A DNA stretch of 64,000 nt from Elstera sp. (GCF_044372965.1 NZ_JBILQX010000001.1:40806-104805); one strand, 5' to 3'. Positions 9,149 through 18,219 are shown, counted from the first letter of the stretch. Numbers and translations: made by a program. Notes: generated by a model from the letters alone, not told the origin.

Positions 9149-10476
9149 CCAACGCCACCGCTATTGAGAATATCGGCGAGTTGATAATAGCCCTGCACCA
9201 AATCGCCGCGCTCGCGCTTGCCTTGCGCTAGGAACTGTTCGATCAGCGGGTAATAGCGCATCGCCTCATCGGTCTTGGGGTCGGAGCCGGGGCGGTAGGC
9301 CCCCAGCCGGATCATTTCCGCCATATCCTCATAGGCCGCAAGCATCTGACGGGCGCGCGAAACGACGCCATTTTCATCGTCCGTATTGCAGCCCGGCATA
9401 ACGCGGCTAACCGAGCGCAAAATATTGATGGCGGGGTAGCGGCCCCGATCGGCAATGGTGCGTTCCAGCACGATATGCCCGTCGAGAATACCGCGCACGG
9501 CGTCCGAAATCGGCTCGTTATGGTCGTCGCCTTCGACCAGCACGGTGAAGAGGCCTGTGATCGACCCGGAGCCGCGCAAGCCCGGCCCGGCCCGCTCCAG
9601 CAGGCGCGGCAGTTCGGCAAAGACCGATGGCGTATACCCTTTACTGGCGGGCGGCTCGCCAACCGACAGGCCGATTTCGCGTTGGGCCATTGCAAAGCGG
9701 GTGACGCTATCCATGAGGCAGAGAACATTCTTACCCTGGTCGCGGAAATATTCGGCGACCGACAGCGTCAGATAGGCAGCTTGGCGGCGCATCAACGGCG
9801 GCTGATCGGAGGTTGCCACCACCAACACCGAGCGCGCCAAGCCTTCCGGCCCGAGATCGTCGTGAATAAAGTCCTGCACTTCGCGGCCGCGTTCGCCAAT
9901 CAGCCCGATCACAATGACATCGGCAGACGTGTAGCGCGCGATCATCGAGAGCAGCACGGATTTACCTACGCCGGAACCCGCGAAAATGCCCATGCGCTGC
10001 CCCTGGCAGCAAGTGAGGAACTGATTGAGTGCCCGCACGCCCATATCAATCTTGCCTGCGACACGCTGCCGCTGGTGTGCGGGCGGCGGCGCATTTCTTA
10101 ACGGATAGGCGATTTGCCCCGCATTGAGCGGCCCCAAATCATCAATCGGCTCGCCCATGCTGCCAACGACCCGGCCCAGCCAACTTTCGTGCGGATAGAT
10201 CACTGGGTCGGTTTGCGCGATTTCGGCTCGGCAGCCCAAACCGACACCGTCCAGCGTTCCGAAGGGCATCGCTAACGCCCGTTCACCCTTGAAACCAACG
10301 ATTTCCGCCGGTACGCGCCGGTCGCCACGCGCGATGATCGTCACCCGGTCGCCGACCGAAAGCGCCCGCTGCACCCCGCCGATTTCCACCATCATGCCCA
10401 AAACGCCGACGATGCGGCCATGCAGAACATGGTCAGCCATCCGGCCGACGCTGGAAATAAGGTTATCAATCAGCAT
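9145..10476 (-). CDS. fliI: Flagellum-specific ATP synthase FliI
   Basis: F1/T3SS-ATPase architecture with Walker A GSGVGKSVLL and Walker B VLCLMDSVTRFAMAQREIGL, followed by YPAINILRSVSR. Confidence 0.95.
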   Translation of the reverse strand: MLIDNLISSVGRMADHVLHGRIVGVLGMMVEIGGVQRALSVGDRVTIIARGDRRVPAEIVGFKGERALAMPFGTLDGVGLGCRAEIAQTDPVIYPHESWLGRVVGSMGEPIDDLGPLNAGQIAYPLRNAPPPAHQRQRVAGKIDMGVRALNQFLTCCQGQRMGIFAGSGVGKSVLLSMIARYTSADVIVIGLIGERGREVQDFIHDDLGPEGLARSVLVVATSDQPPLMRRQAAYLTLSVAEYFRDQGKNVLCLMDSVTRFAMAQREIGLSVGEPPASKGYTPSVFAELPRLLERAGPGLRGSGSITGLFTVLVEGDDHNEPISDAVRGILDGHIVLERTIADRGRYPAINILRSVSRVMPGCNTDDENGVVSRARQMLAAYEDMAEMIRLGAYRPGSDPKTDEAMRYYPLIEQFLAQGKRERGDLVQGYYQLADILNSGGVG

Positions 10477-10592
10477 CGCGCCGCTCCCCTTTGATACGCT
10501 TGGATAATAGCGAAGTGTAGCCCCAAAGGGAACCGGATCTATGACTCGGACAGCGCATATCCGCTTGCTTTATTGTGAGATATTAGGGATAG

Positions 10593-10610
10593 TTAACGGA
10601 CATTAACCAA
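10593..10610. promoter_or_regulatory. CtrA-box-like element in the ctrA / fliI divergent promoter region
   Basis: TTAACGGACATTAACCAA. It contains TTAACCAA, one mismatch from the TTAACCAT half-site. The two TTAA are spaced N6, not the canonical N7. It lies 41-58 nt upstream of the ctrA ATG. Confidence 0.3.
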
Positions 10611-10650
10611 TTTATCGAGCTCCTGGGCGGCTCGTTTAAGGTGGGGCACT

Positions 10651-11364
10651 ATGCGGATTCTCTTAGTTGAGGACGATGCCGCAACGTCGAAGAGCATCGC
10701 ACTGATGCTGTCTTCCGCTGGCTACATTGTCGATACCACCGATTTGGGCGAAGATGGCGTCGAGATCGGTAAGCTTTATGATTATGACATTATCCTGCTG
10801 GATTTGATCCTTCCGGATATTGACGGGTATGAAGTGTTGCGCCGTTTCCGCCAAGCGCGGGTGCGCACGCCGATTCTGATCCTTTCCGGCCTGTCGGAAC
10901 TCGATCATAAGATTAAGGGCCTGGGGTTCGGGGCCGACGATTATCTGACCAAACCGTTCGATAAGCGCGAGTTGGTAGCCCGGATTCAGGCCATCGTCCG
11001 CCGGGCGAAGGGCCATTCGGATTCGGTCATCCGCACGGGGCGCCTAACCGTGAACCTCGACGCTAAAACCGCCGATGTCGATGCCAAGCCCCTGCATCTC
11101 ACCGGCAAGGAATATGGCATTCTGGAACTGTTGGCCTTACGCAAAGGCACAACGCTGACCAAGGAAATGTTCCTCAATCATCTCTACGGCGGCATTGACG
11201 AGCCTGAACTGAAGATCATCGACGTCTTCGTCTGCAAGCTGCGCAAGAAGCTTAGCACGGCCACCGGCGGCGATAATTATATCGAAACCGTCTGGGGCCG
11301 TGGCTATGTGCTGCGCGAAAACGGCAACGAAACCGCGCCGGAACCGAAAAAAGCCAGCGCCTAA
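10651..11364 (+). CDS. ctrA: Cell-cycle response regulator CtrA (OmpR family)
   Basis: MRILLVEDD...[22 protein letters not shown]...[10 protein letters not shown] receiver domain, plus a winged-helix domain ([54 protein letters not shown]) characteristic of CtrA. Confidence 0.93.
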   Translation: MRILLVEDDAATSKSIALMLSSAGYIVDTTDLGEDGVEIGKLYDYDIILLDLILPDIDGYEVLRRFRQARVRTPILILSGLSELDHKIKGLGFGADDYLTKPFDKRELVARIQAIVRRAKGHSDSVIRTGRLTVNLDAKTADVDAKPLHLTGKEYGILELLALRKGTTLTKEMFLNHLYGGIDEPELKIIDVFVCKLRKKLSTATGGDNYIETVWGRGYVLRENGNETAPEPKKASA

Positions 11365-11372
11365 AGTCCCGA

Positions 11373-11398
11373 GCAGTAAGATCATGCGATCTTACTGC
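11373..11398 (+). terminator. Strong hairpin downstream of ctrA (terminator-like)
   Basis: 11-bp stem GCAGTAAGATC / GATCTTACTGC with loop ATGC, 9 nt after the ctrA stop. The T-run (TGGTTTTTT) is displaced about 15 nt. Confidence 0.5.
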
Positions 11399-11513
11399 CG
11401 TATCAGATATATGGTTTTTTATATTAATTTAATATTTGTTTAGCCTTTCCATATCTCCCCCCTCTCGTTTTTTCACCACGCCCGCCCTTGCCGTGGTGCA
11501 GTTTGTTGTTATA

Positions 11514-11539
11514 GTAATTTCAGAAATTACTGAAATTAC
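11514..11539. promoter_or_regulatory. Palindromic operator candidate upstream of the GbsR-like regulator / cydAB operon
   Basis: GTAATTTC-A-GAAATTAC is a perfect 8+8 palindrome (11514-11530). A further half-site TGAAATTAC (11531-11539) follows directly, ending 12 nt before the ATG at 11551. Confidence 0.45.
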
Positions 11540-11550
11540 GGAACACGCCG

Positions 11551-12201
11551 ATGCACCTCTCGCCGCTCCTTCAATCCTTCGTGCTGCATTTCGGCGAAAT
11601 GGGCAGCCGCTGGGGCATCAACCGCACCGTGGGGCAAATTTACGCGCTGCTCTTCGCCGCTGCTGAGCCGCTGAACGCCGATCAGATTATGGAAAAGCTC
11701 GGTTTTTCCCGCTCGAACGTCAGCATGGGGCTTAAGGAGCTCCAAACCTGGAACCTCGTGCGGCTTATTCACCGCCCCGGCGACCGGCGGGATTATTTCA
11801 CCACGCCGGACGATATTTGGGCCATCGTCCGCACCCTGGCGGAAGAGCGCAAAAAGCGCGAGATCGACCCCACCCTCTCCGTCTTACGCGAATTGCTCAT
11901 GCAAACGCCGGGCAATGAGGACGAGCGCCACGCCCAAGGGCGTATGCGCGAAATGCACGACCTCATCGAACTGCTCACCCGCTGGTATGGCGACGTGCAG
12001 GGGCTCGATACCGAACGGCTGGTGATGCTGCTGTCGCTGGGCGCGCGGGTGCAAAAGATTTTGGAAATCAAAGACAAGTTCACTTCCCTGCCCGGTCGCC
12101 GTGCCCGCCCAGCCCGCGCGGGTGAAACGAGCTCCGATACCCCCTTCGAGCCCGATCTCGACCCAAACCTCGATCCCACCTTCTCCAAAGGAGATACCTG
12201 A
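11551..12201 (+). CDS. GbsR/MarR-family winged-helix transcriptional regulator
   Basis: GINRTVGQIYALLFAAAEPLNADQIMEKLGFSRSNVSMGLKELQTWNLVR is the wHTH typical of GbsR-like regulators. Its stop overlaps the cydA ATG by 1 nt. Confidence 0.8.
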   Translation: MHLSPLLQSFVLHFGEMGSRWGINRTVGQIYALLFAAAEPLNADQIMEKLGFSRSNVSMGLKELQTWNLVRLIHRPGDRRDYFTTPDDIWAIVRTLAEERKKREIDPTLSVLRELLMQTPGNEDERHAQGRMREMHDLIELLTRWYGDVQGLDTERLVMLLSLGARVQKILEIKDKFTSLPGRRARPARAGETSSDTPFEPDLDPNLDPTFSKGDT

Positions 12202-13544
12202 TGGATGCCGTCATGCTGGCGCGCCTTCAGTTTGCCGCCAATATTTCCTTCCACATCCTCTTCCCCACCATCACCATTGCCTTGGGCTGGGTGCTGTTGT
12301 TCTTCAAACTGCGCTACAATCGCAGCGGCGATACCAAATGGATGGACGCGTATAATTTCTGGGTGAAGATCTTCGCCCTCTCCTTTGCCATGGGCGTCGT
12401 CTCCGGCATTACCATGAGCTTCCAGTTCGGCACCAATTGGCCGGGCTATATGGAAAAAGTCGGCAATATCGCGGGGCCATTGCTGGCCTATGAGGTGATG
12501 ACGGCCTTCTTCCTCGAAGCCGTTTTCCTTGGAATCATGCTGTTCGGCTTTCGCAAGGTCGCGGGCTGGGTGCATACGCTGGCGACTTTTCTTGTCGCTT
12601 TTGGCACCACCATGTCGGCCTTTTGGATCATCGCGCTCAATTCTTGGATGCAAACGCCCCAAGGGTTTGAAATGCGCGACGGCGTGGCCCATGCGACCGA
12701 CTGGATCGCCATTATCTTCAACCCGTCGATGCCCTATCGGCTTACCCACATGCTGATCGCCTCCGGCCTCACCGTGGCGTTTCTGGTCGCGGGCCTCTCG
12801 GCCTATCGCTGGCTGAAGGGCGACCGCAGCCCCGCCGTGCCCGCCGCGCTGAAAACCGGAGTTTGGCTCGCGGCCCTGCTGATCCCCGTGCAGATTTTCG
12901 TTGGCGATTTGCATGGGCTGAACACGCTGGAGCATCAACCGCAGAAAATCGCCGCGATGGAAGGCAATTGGGAAACGGGGCCGAACGTGCCTTTCCTGCC
13001 CTTCGCCTGGCCCGATGAAGCCGCCCGGCGCAACCACTTCGAGATCGCCATTCCCAATGGGGCCAGCTTGATCTTGAAGCATTCGGCTGACGGCGTCGTG
13101 CCCGGCCTCAACGATTACATCGGCAATCACCCGCCGGTGAAGCCTGTGTTCTTCGGCTTCCGCATCATGGTGGGCATGGGCCTCGCGATGCTCGCCCTCT
13201 CCTGGCTCGGCGCGTTTCTGCTGCTTCGGCGCGGCAGTCTTCCGCCACTGGTCGCCCGGCTGTTCGTTCTCATGAGTTTTTCGGGCTGGATCGCAACGCT
13301 CGCGGGCTGGTACGTCACCGAAATCGGCCGACAGCCCTGGCTGGTGACGGGGGTGCTGACGACCGCCCAAGCCGCCTCCAACGTTCCCGCGCCAATGATC
13401 GGCATCTCGCTCGCGGCCTATCTGCTGGTCTATGCGGCGCTGCTCACGGCCTATATCGGCGCGCTCTTCTACCTCGCGCGCAAAGCGGTCGGCGCGACGC
13501 CTGCCTCTAAAGCCTATCCCTTCGTTCCCGTAGCGGCGGAGTAA
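12201..13544 (+). CDS. cydA: Cytochrome bd-type ubiquinol oxidase subunit I (short form, CIO-like length)
   Basis: MLARLQFAANISFHILFPTITIALGW and GWYVTEIGRQPW motifs. The 447-aa length implies a short Q-loop. Confidence 0.93.
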   Translation: MDAVMLARLQFAANISFHILFPTITIALGWVLLFFKLRYNRSGDTKWMDAYNFWVKIFALSFAMGVVSGITMSFQFGTNWPGYMEKVGNIAGPLLAYEVMTAFFLEAVFLGIMLFGFRKVAGWVHTLATFLVAFGTTMSAFWIIALNSWMQTPQGFEMRDGVAHATDWIAIIFNPSMPYRLTHMLIASGLTVAFLVAGLSAYRWLKGDRSPAVPAALKTGVWLAALLIPVQIFVGDLHGLNTLEHQPQKIAAMEGNWETGPNVPFLPFAWPDEAARRNHFEIAIPNGASLILKHSADGVVPGLNDYIGNHPPVKPVFFGFRIMVGMGLAMLALSWLGAFLLLRRGSLPPLVARLFVLMSFSGWIATLAGWYVTEIGRQPWLVTGVLTTAQAASNVPAPMIGISLAAYLLVYAALLTAYIGALFYLARKAVGATPASKAYPFVPVAAE

Positions 13545-13549
13545 CCCCC

Positions 13550-14563
13550 ATGCTGACCCTTTTTGGTGATCCGACCGTGTGGCTCCCCCTGGTGTTTGCC
13601 GGGCTGATGGGCCTTTCAATCCTCATCTATGTCGTCCTTGACGGGTACGATCTCGGCGTTGGGCTGCTGTTTTCTGTGGCGGAGGACGCGCAGAAAGACC
13701 GGATGATTGCCGCCATCGGCCCCTTCTGGGACGCGAACGAGACGTGGCTCGTGCTGGCGGTCGGCCTGCTGCTGGTGGCTTTCCCCGCCGCCCACGGCAT
13801 GATTCTGACCGCGCTCTACCTGCCCGTGCTGATTATGCTCATCGGCCTCATTTTACGCGGCGTCGCCTTCGAGTTCCGCGCCAAGGTGAAGCCGAAGCAA
13901 AAGGGTTGGTGGAACCGGGCCTTCTTTATCGGCTCGCTGATGACCGCTTTGTCGCAAGGCTGGATGCTCGGCTTCTACGTGATGGGCCTTACCGAAACCG
14001 CCACCACCTACGGTTTTGCCGCCCTCACCGCCGTCTGCCTTGCCGCGAGCTATGCCTTCATCGGCGCGACCTGGCTGATTTTTAAGACCGAAGCGACGCT
14101 GCAAAAGCAAGCCGTGGTTTGGGCGCAGCGCTGCCTGATCTTCCTCGTCGTGGGTCTTGCCGCCGTTTCCATCGCTAGCCCCTGGGTGAGCCCGCGCATT
14201 TTCGAGAAATGGTTCAGCCTGCCGAACATCATTCTGCTCGCCCCCTTACCGATTGCCTGCGGGGCCTTGATGCTCGGCGTCGCCCTGGTGCTGAAGCATC
14301 TCCCCACCACGACCGACCGCTTCGCCTGGGTGCCGTTTGCCGGGGCCGTGGGGATTTATACGCTGGCCTTCTTTGGCCTCGCCTATTCCTTCTTCCCCTA
14401 TGTCGTGCCGGAGAAGCTGACGATTTTTGCGGCGGCCAGCGCGCCGGAAAGCCTGCTGATTATGCTGATCGGGGCGCTCTTCGTGCTTCCGGCGATCATC
14501 GGGTATAGCGCTTTCGCCTATTTCGTCTTCCGAGGGAAGGCAACCGAGTTGCGCTACGACTAG
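13550..14563 (+). CDS. cydB: Cytochrome bd-type ubiquinol oxidase subunit II
   Basis: YVVLDGYDLGVGLL and FWDANETWLVL motifs in a polytopic membrane protein immediately after cydA. Confidence 0.92.
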   Translation: MLTLFGDPTVWLPLVFAGLMGLSILIYVVLDGYDLGVGLLFSVAEDAQKDRMIAAIGPFWDANETWLVLAVGLLLVAFPAAHGMILTALYLPVLIMLIGLILRGVAFEFRAKVKPKQKGWWNRAFFIGSLMTALSQGWMLGFYVMGLTETATTYGFAALTAVCLAASYAFIGATWLIFKTEATLQKQAVVWAQRCLIFLVVGLAAVSIASPWVSPRIFEKWFSLPNIILLAPLPIACGALMLGVALVLKHLPTTTDRFAWVPFAGAVGIYTLAFFGLAYSFFPYVVPEKLTIFAAASAPESLLIMLIGALFVLPAIIGYSAFAYFVFRGKATELRYD

Positions 14564-14646
14564 GTTTTTGGGGGGCGGCGTCTTGCACGCCCCCCGTATT
14601 CCTCCCAGCTTAGGGGCAGTCCTAACCCTGCGTGAGGTTCCGTGTC

Positions 14647-15030
14647 ATGCCCCACCGTCTCGCCGCCCTCTGCCTGGGGCTTCCCCTCGCCCTCGGCACC
14701 ATTCTCCCCGCCGCTGCCCATCACGGTTGGTCCTGGGCCGAAAGCGAGCCTTTCGAATTGCAGGGCCGCATCGAGCGCATTTCGATGGACCCGCCGCACC
14801 CGACCCTGCACGTCAAAGCCGCCGACGGCATCCTCTGGCAGGTCGATCTGGGCAACCCGAACCAAACGGCGCGCTCCGGCTTTACTGGGACGACGGCTAA
14901 GCCGGGCGATGCCATCCTCGTACTCGGCAACCGGTCCTTAGAGAAAAACACGGCGCATATGAAGGCGGTGCGCATCACCCTCGCGGGCCAGAAATACGAT
15001 ATCTACCCCGAGCGCATCCGCCAGCCGTAA
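14647..15030 (+). CDS. Small secreted protein (DUF6152-like, name from memory)
   Basis: Signal peptide ending LPAAAHHGWSW, with a beta-rich mature part. ATG at 14647 lies within the ORF that opens at GTG 14632. Confidence 0.6.
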   Translation: MPHRLAALCLGLPLALGTILPAAAHHGWSWAESEPFELQGRIERISMDPPHPTLHVKAADGILWQVDLGNPNQTARSGFTGTTAKPGDAILVLGNRSLEKNTAHMKAVRITLAGQKYDIYPERIRQP

Positions 15031-15032
15031 AC

Positions 15033-15503
15033 GTGACACCGCTCGATTGGCTCGCAGCGACGCCCGTGGCGGCGGCGCTGCGCGGCTCCCCCACCCTCTA
15101 TCTCATCGTGAATGCCGCCCATATTCTCGGGATCGGCTTGATCCTCGGCGCGATTCTGCCGCTGGATTTGCGGTTGATGGGATTTTTTCGCCGCGCACTG
15201 CTGCCGGTCATCGGGCCGTTCCTGGTCCGCGCCGCCGCGACCGGCGTCGCCCTTGCCCTCGGCACCGGGCTTGCTCTTTTCTCCGTCCAACCTGCTGAAT
15301 ATATCGCTAATTTTGCTTTCGTAACGAAACTTACCTTGCTGACCGGGCTTGCGGGACTCATCATCGTGCAGCACACCAATCCCGGCTTTCGGGCCGCACT
15401 TCAGGGCTATCCGGTGCCGCTGTCCGTCCGCCTATGTGCGCTTCTCTCCTTCCTGCTGTGGCTCGCCGCCCTGCTGGCGGGCCGTTGGATCGGCTTTCTG
15501 TAG
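15033..15503 (+). CDS. Integral membrane protein (4-5 TM), partner of the preceding secreted protein
   Basis: Hydrophobic throughout (YLIVNAAHILGIGLILGAILPLDL...). Starts 3 nt after the previous stop. Confidence 0.6.
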   Translation: MTPLDWLAATPVAAALRGSPTLYLIVNAAHILGIGLILGAILPLDLRLMGFFRRALLPVIGPFLVRAAATGVALALGTGLALFSVQPAEYIANFAFVTKLTLLTGLAGLIIVQHTNPGFRAALQGYPVPLSVRLCALLSFLLWLAALLAGRWIGFL

Positions 15504-15509
15504 AAAATT

Positions 15510-15574
15510 ATGCTTCGGCAACCGAACTAACTTGACTCCTGCTTCAAGCCACTATATTTCGGTAGCCGAAGCAT
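15510..15574. promoter_or_regulatory. 17-nt inverted repeat bracketing a sigma70-like promoter upstream of the MarR gene
   Basis: ATGCTTCGGCAACCGAA (15510-15526) and TTCGGTAGCCGAAGCAT (15558-15574) match in 16/17 positions. The 31-nt spacer contains TTGACT (15532-15537) and TATATT (15553-15558). AGGAG and the ATG at 15588 follow. Confidence 0.4.
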
Positions 15575-15587
15575 AGGAGCCGCCGCG

Positions 15588-16259
15588 ATGGAAACGCCTT
15601 TCGATAAGATCAACGACCCCATCGGCATCCGCGTCGCCGCCGGGCTCTCGCGGCTGGCGCTGGCGTTGAAAACCAATGCCCAGCAGGGGGTAGCCCCGCA
15701 CGGGCTATCCCCAACGCAAGGCCAGATCCTCACCCTGCTGCGCAATCACACCGAGGGGCTGCGCCCCAGCCTGCTCGCTCAGTCGCTGGCCATCAAAGCC
15801 CCGGCGATGACCGAAGCCTTGCAACCCTTGCTGGCGCGCGGGCTCTCGGTCCAGACCCCCGACCCTGAAGATGGCCGGGCCAAGCGGATTTCGATTACCG
15901 ATGCGGGATTTGCCTTGCTCGCGACCATCGCCGATTGGCCCGACGCGCTGCTGGAAACCGTGGCTAACCTGCCGCCGCTGGAGCAAGCCGTCTTCTACCG
16001 GGTCATCCTAAAAATGATCCGGCAGATGCAGGTCCAGGGCACGATTCCCGTTGGTCGCCTCTGCATTACCTGCACGCATTTCCGCCCGAACGTGCATGCC
16101 GATGCGGACACACCGCACCATTGCGCTTTGGTCGATGCCCCCTTTGGCGACCGGCATTTGCGCCTTGACTGCCCCGAGCAGTCCCCCGCCCCGCCCGATC
16201 TTGCCGAAGCCGCGTGGCGGCGGTTCCTCGCCGCGCCGACACCCGCCTTTCCCGTGTAA
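15588..16259 (+). CDS. MarR-family transcriptional regulator with Cys/His-rich C-terminal extension
   Basis: wHTH LSPTQGQILTLLRNHTEGLRPSLLAQSLAIKAPAMTEALQPLLARGL...DGRAKRISITDAG. Extra C-terminal segment CITCTHFRPNVHADADTPHHCALVDAPFGDRHLRLDCPE. Confidence 0.8.
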   Translation: METPFDKINDPIGIRVAAGLSRLALALKTNAQQGVAPHGLSPTQGQILTLLRNHTEGLRPSLLAQSLAIKAPAMTEALQPLLARGLSVQTPDPEDGRAKRISITDAGFALLATIADWPDALLETVANLPPLEQAVFYRVILKMIRQMQVQGTIPVGRLCITCTHFRPNVHADADTPHHCALVDAPFGDRHLRLDCPEQSPAPPDLAEAAWRRFLAAPTPAFPV

Positions 16260-16279
16260 CCCCCCGAAGGACTAACATC

Positions 16280-16990
16280 ATGAACCTTTCCAACGCGGCC
16301 CGCGTGGCCGTGAGCGCTCTTCTTTTGTCTGCCGCCCCGGCGCTCGCCCACGATATCAAAGCAAAAGCCAATCCCGGCACATCGGCCCCTTTCGATCTGG
16401 TCGAAACCAGCATTCGCGTTGACGGTCCGCAGCTTGTGTTCCGCAGCCAGGTGCGGGGCACCGCTGGCAGCGAACGCCCAACCGCCACGGGCCAGTTTGC
16501 TGGCGCGCCGGTCTATGCCTATGTCTGGCCGACCAGCTTGAACAGCGGCGATATCGGCTTTGAGCGCGATCAAGGGATTGTTGCCCTGGCCGCCACCTTC
16601 CACCCAGATTTCGACGATGCCGCGAAGGGGGCCAAGAATCGCGACGTTTGGCATAGCCATTGGGTCATTCTCGCCCCCGATGCGGCCTGCGGCGGCGGCT
16701 TGAAAGTCCGGGATATCCCGAAGGACGCAAAGCCGAAAGTGCCGGAAACCTGGCCCGGCGTGCCGCTATTGATCGATAGCCCCGCCTATCCGCCTGAGTT
16801 TAAGGGCGAGGCCATCGAAATCCGCGTTCCGCGCGCCGCCATCGGGGTCCCCGCGAATTTCAAATTCGACGGCGTTACGGCGGGACTGAAGGTCAATGCC
16901 AATTTGCACGCACCACTGTTATGCGTCGATGCCGTCTTTAAGGTCGCTTCCGGCGATCTCAGCCTTCCGGGGCAGGTCACAGGGCAATAG
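16280..16990 (+). CDS. Secreted hypothetical protein
   Basis: ATG at 16280 gives MNLSNAARVAVSALLLSAAPALAHD (signal peptide). No recognisable catalytic motif. Followed 10 nt later by a redoxin gene. Confidence 0.65.
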   Translation: MNLSNAARVAVSALLLSAAPALAHDIKAKANPGTSAPFDLVETSIRVDGPQLVFRSQVRGTAGSERPTATGQFAGAPVYAYVWPTSLNSGDIGFERDQGIVALAATFHPDFDDAAKGAKNRDVWHSHWVILAPDAACGGGLKVRDIPKDAKPKVPETWPGVPLLIDSPAYPPEFKGEAIEIRVPRAAIGVPANFKFDGVTAGLKVNANLHAPLLCVDAVFKVASGDLSLPGQVTGQ

Positions 16991-16999
16991 GAGAGAGCC

Positions 17000-17521
17000 A
17001 TGCCAAAACTTCGCCCCGCGCCCGCTTGGTCGGTCGAGACCTGGTTGAACTCCCCGCATCCGCTGACCCTGGAGGGGTTCCGTGGTCGCGTCGTTCTGCT
17101 GGGCACCTTCCAGATGCTGTGCCCCGGCTGCGTGCAGGTTGGCCTACCGCAGCTTGCGCGCGCCTATGATCTCTTCCCGCGCGATCAAGTCGCCGTGATC
17201 GGCCTACATACCGTCTTCGAACACCATAGCGCCATGAACGAAGGGGCGTTGCGCGCCTTCGTTCATGAATATCGGTTGAAATTCCCCATCGGCATCGACC
17301 GCCCCGGCTCCCCCTTGCCCGAAACCATGGCGCGGTACGATTTGCAAGGCACGCCCAGCGTCATCCTGATCGACCAGCAGGGCCGCTTGCGCCTGAAACG
17401 CTTCGGGCATGTGGATGATCTTTGGTTGGGTGCCCAGATCGGCGCGCTGTTGACCGAGCCGCTCGGCCAAGCCGATTTTTCGGAAACCGCCGCCTGCACC
17501 CCGGAAGGATGCACGCCATGA
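17000..17521 (+). CDS. Thioredoxin-fold redoxin (TlpA/peroxiredoxin-like) with CPGC motif
   Basis: VVLLGTFQMLCPGCVQVGLPQ active-site context and a GTPSVILIDQQGRL cis-Pro loop region. Confidence 0.8.
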   Translation: MPKLRPAPAWSVETWLNSPHPLTLEGFRGRVVLLGTFQMLCPGCVQVGLPQLARAYDLFPRDQVAVIGLHTVFEHHSAMNEGALRAFVHEYRLKFPIGIDRPGSPLPETMARYDLQGTPSVILIDQQGRLRLKRFGHVDDLWLGAQIGALLTEPLGQADFSETAACTPEGCTP

Positions 17522-18219
17522 GCCGATCCGCGCTGGTTTTTCGCCATATCACCTTTGAAGATTTGGGCAGTTTTGCCGAACCGCTCGCGGCGGCGGGCTA
17601 TCAAATCACCTATTTAGATCCATCGGTCGAAAGCCTCGCCGGGATCGATCCGAACGCCGCCGATCTCTTGATCGTCCTCGGCGGGCCGATTGGGGCCTAT
17701 GAGGCGGCCCTCTACCCCTTCCTGACGGCAGAACTCGCCTTCATCGACGCGCGGCTCTCAGCGAAGCGCCCCACACTTGGTCTCTGCCTCGGCGCGCAAT
17801 TGATGGCCCACGCCCTCGGCGCAACGGTCGCGCCGATGGGGGTGAAGGAAATCGGCTGGTCGCCCCTCACCCTCACACCGGAGGGGCAGGCCAGCCCATT
17901 GAAGGCGCTCAACGGGGTGCCGGTGCTGCATTGGCATGGCGACGCCTTCACCCTGCCGCCCGGCGCTACCCGGCTTGCGGAAACGGCGATTTGTTCACAG
18001 CAAGCCTTCGCCCTCGGCCCCACCATCCTCGGGTTCCAGTGCCACCCGGAGGGCTGGGAACGCGGGTTCGAGCGTTGGCTGGTCGGGCACGCGGGCGAGT
18101 TGGCGGCGGCGGGGATCGATATTGCCGCCTTGCGCGCCGATGCCATCCGCTTCGGCTCCGGCGCTAGCCGCGCCGCCCGCCAAATGCTGCGCGATTGGCT
18201 AGAGGCTTTGCCCGCGTGA
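17518..18219 (+). CDS. Class I glutamine amidotransferase-like protein
   Basis: ATG at 17518 overlaps the previous stop (ATGA). LIVLGGPIGAYE...PTLGLCLGAQLMAHALG (nucleophile elbow Cys)...GFQCHPE. Confidence 0.8.
   Translation: MSRSALVFRHITFEDLGSFAEPLAAAGYQITYLDPSVESLAGIDPNAADLLIVLGGPIGAYEAALYPFLTAELAFIDARLSAKRPTLGLCLGAQLMAHALGATVAPMGVKEIGWSPLTLTPEGQASPLKALNGVPVLHWHGDAFTLPPGATRLAETAICSQQAFALGPTILGFQCHPEGWERGFERWLVGHAGELAAAGIDIAALRADAIRFGSGASRAARQMLRDWLEALPA

Noticed and set aside
10593-10606. Calling the ctrA-promoter element a full canonical CtrA box
   Set aside because: The spacing between the two TTAA is 6 nt, not 7. I kept it only as a low-confidence half-site-like element.
11793-13619. 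608-aa ORF on the minus strand spanning the GbsR-like gene, cydA and the start of cydB
   Set aside because: It is antisense to three genes with unmistakable family motifs. Its translation is a low-complexity Arg/Gly/His/Ala-rich string typical of stop-codon-poor antisense frames in high-GC DNA.
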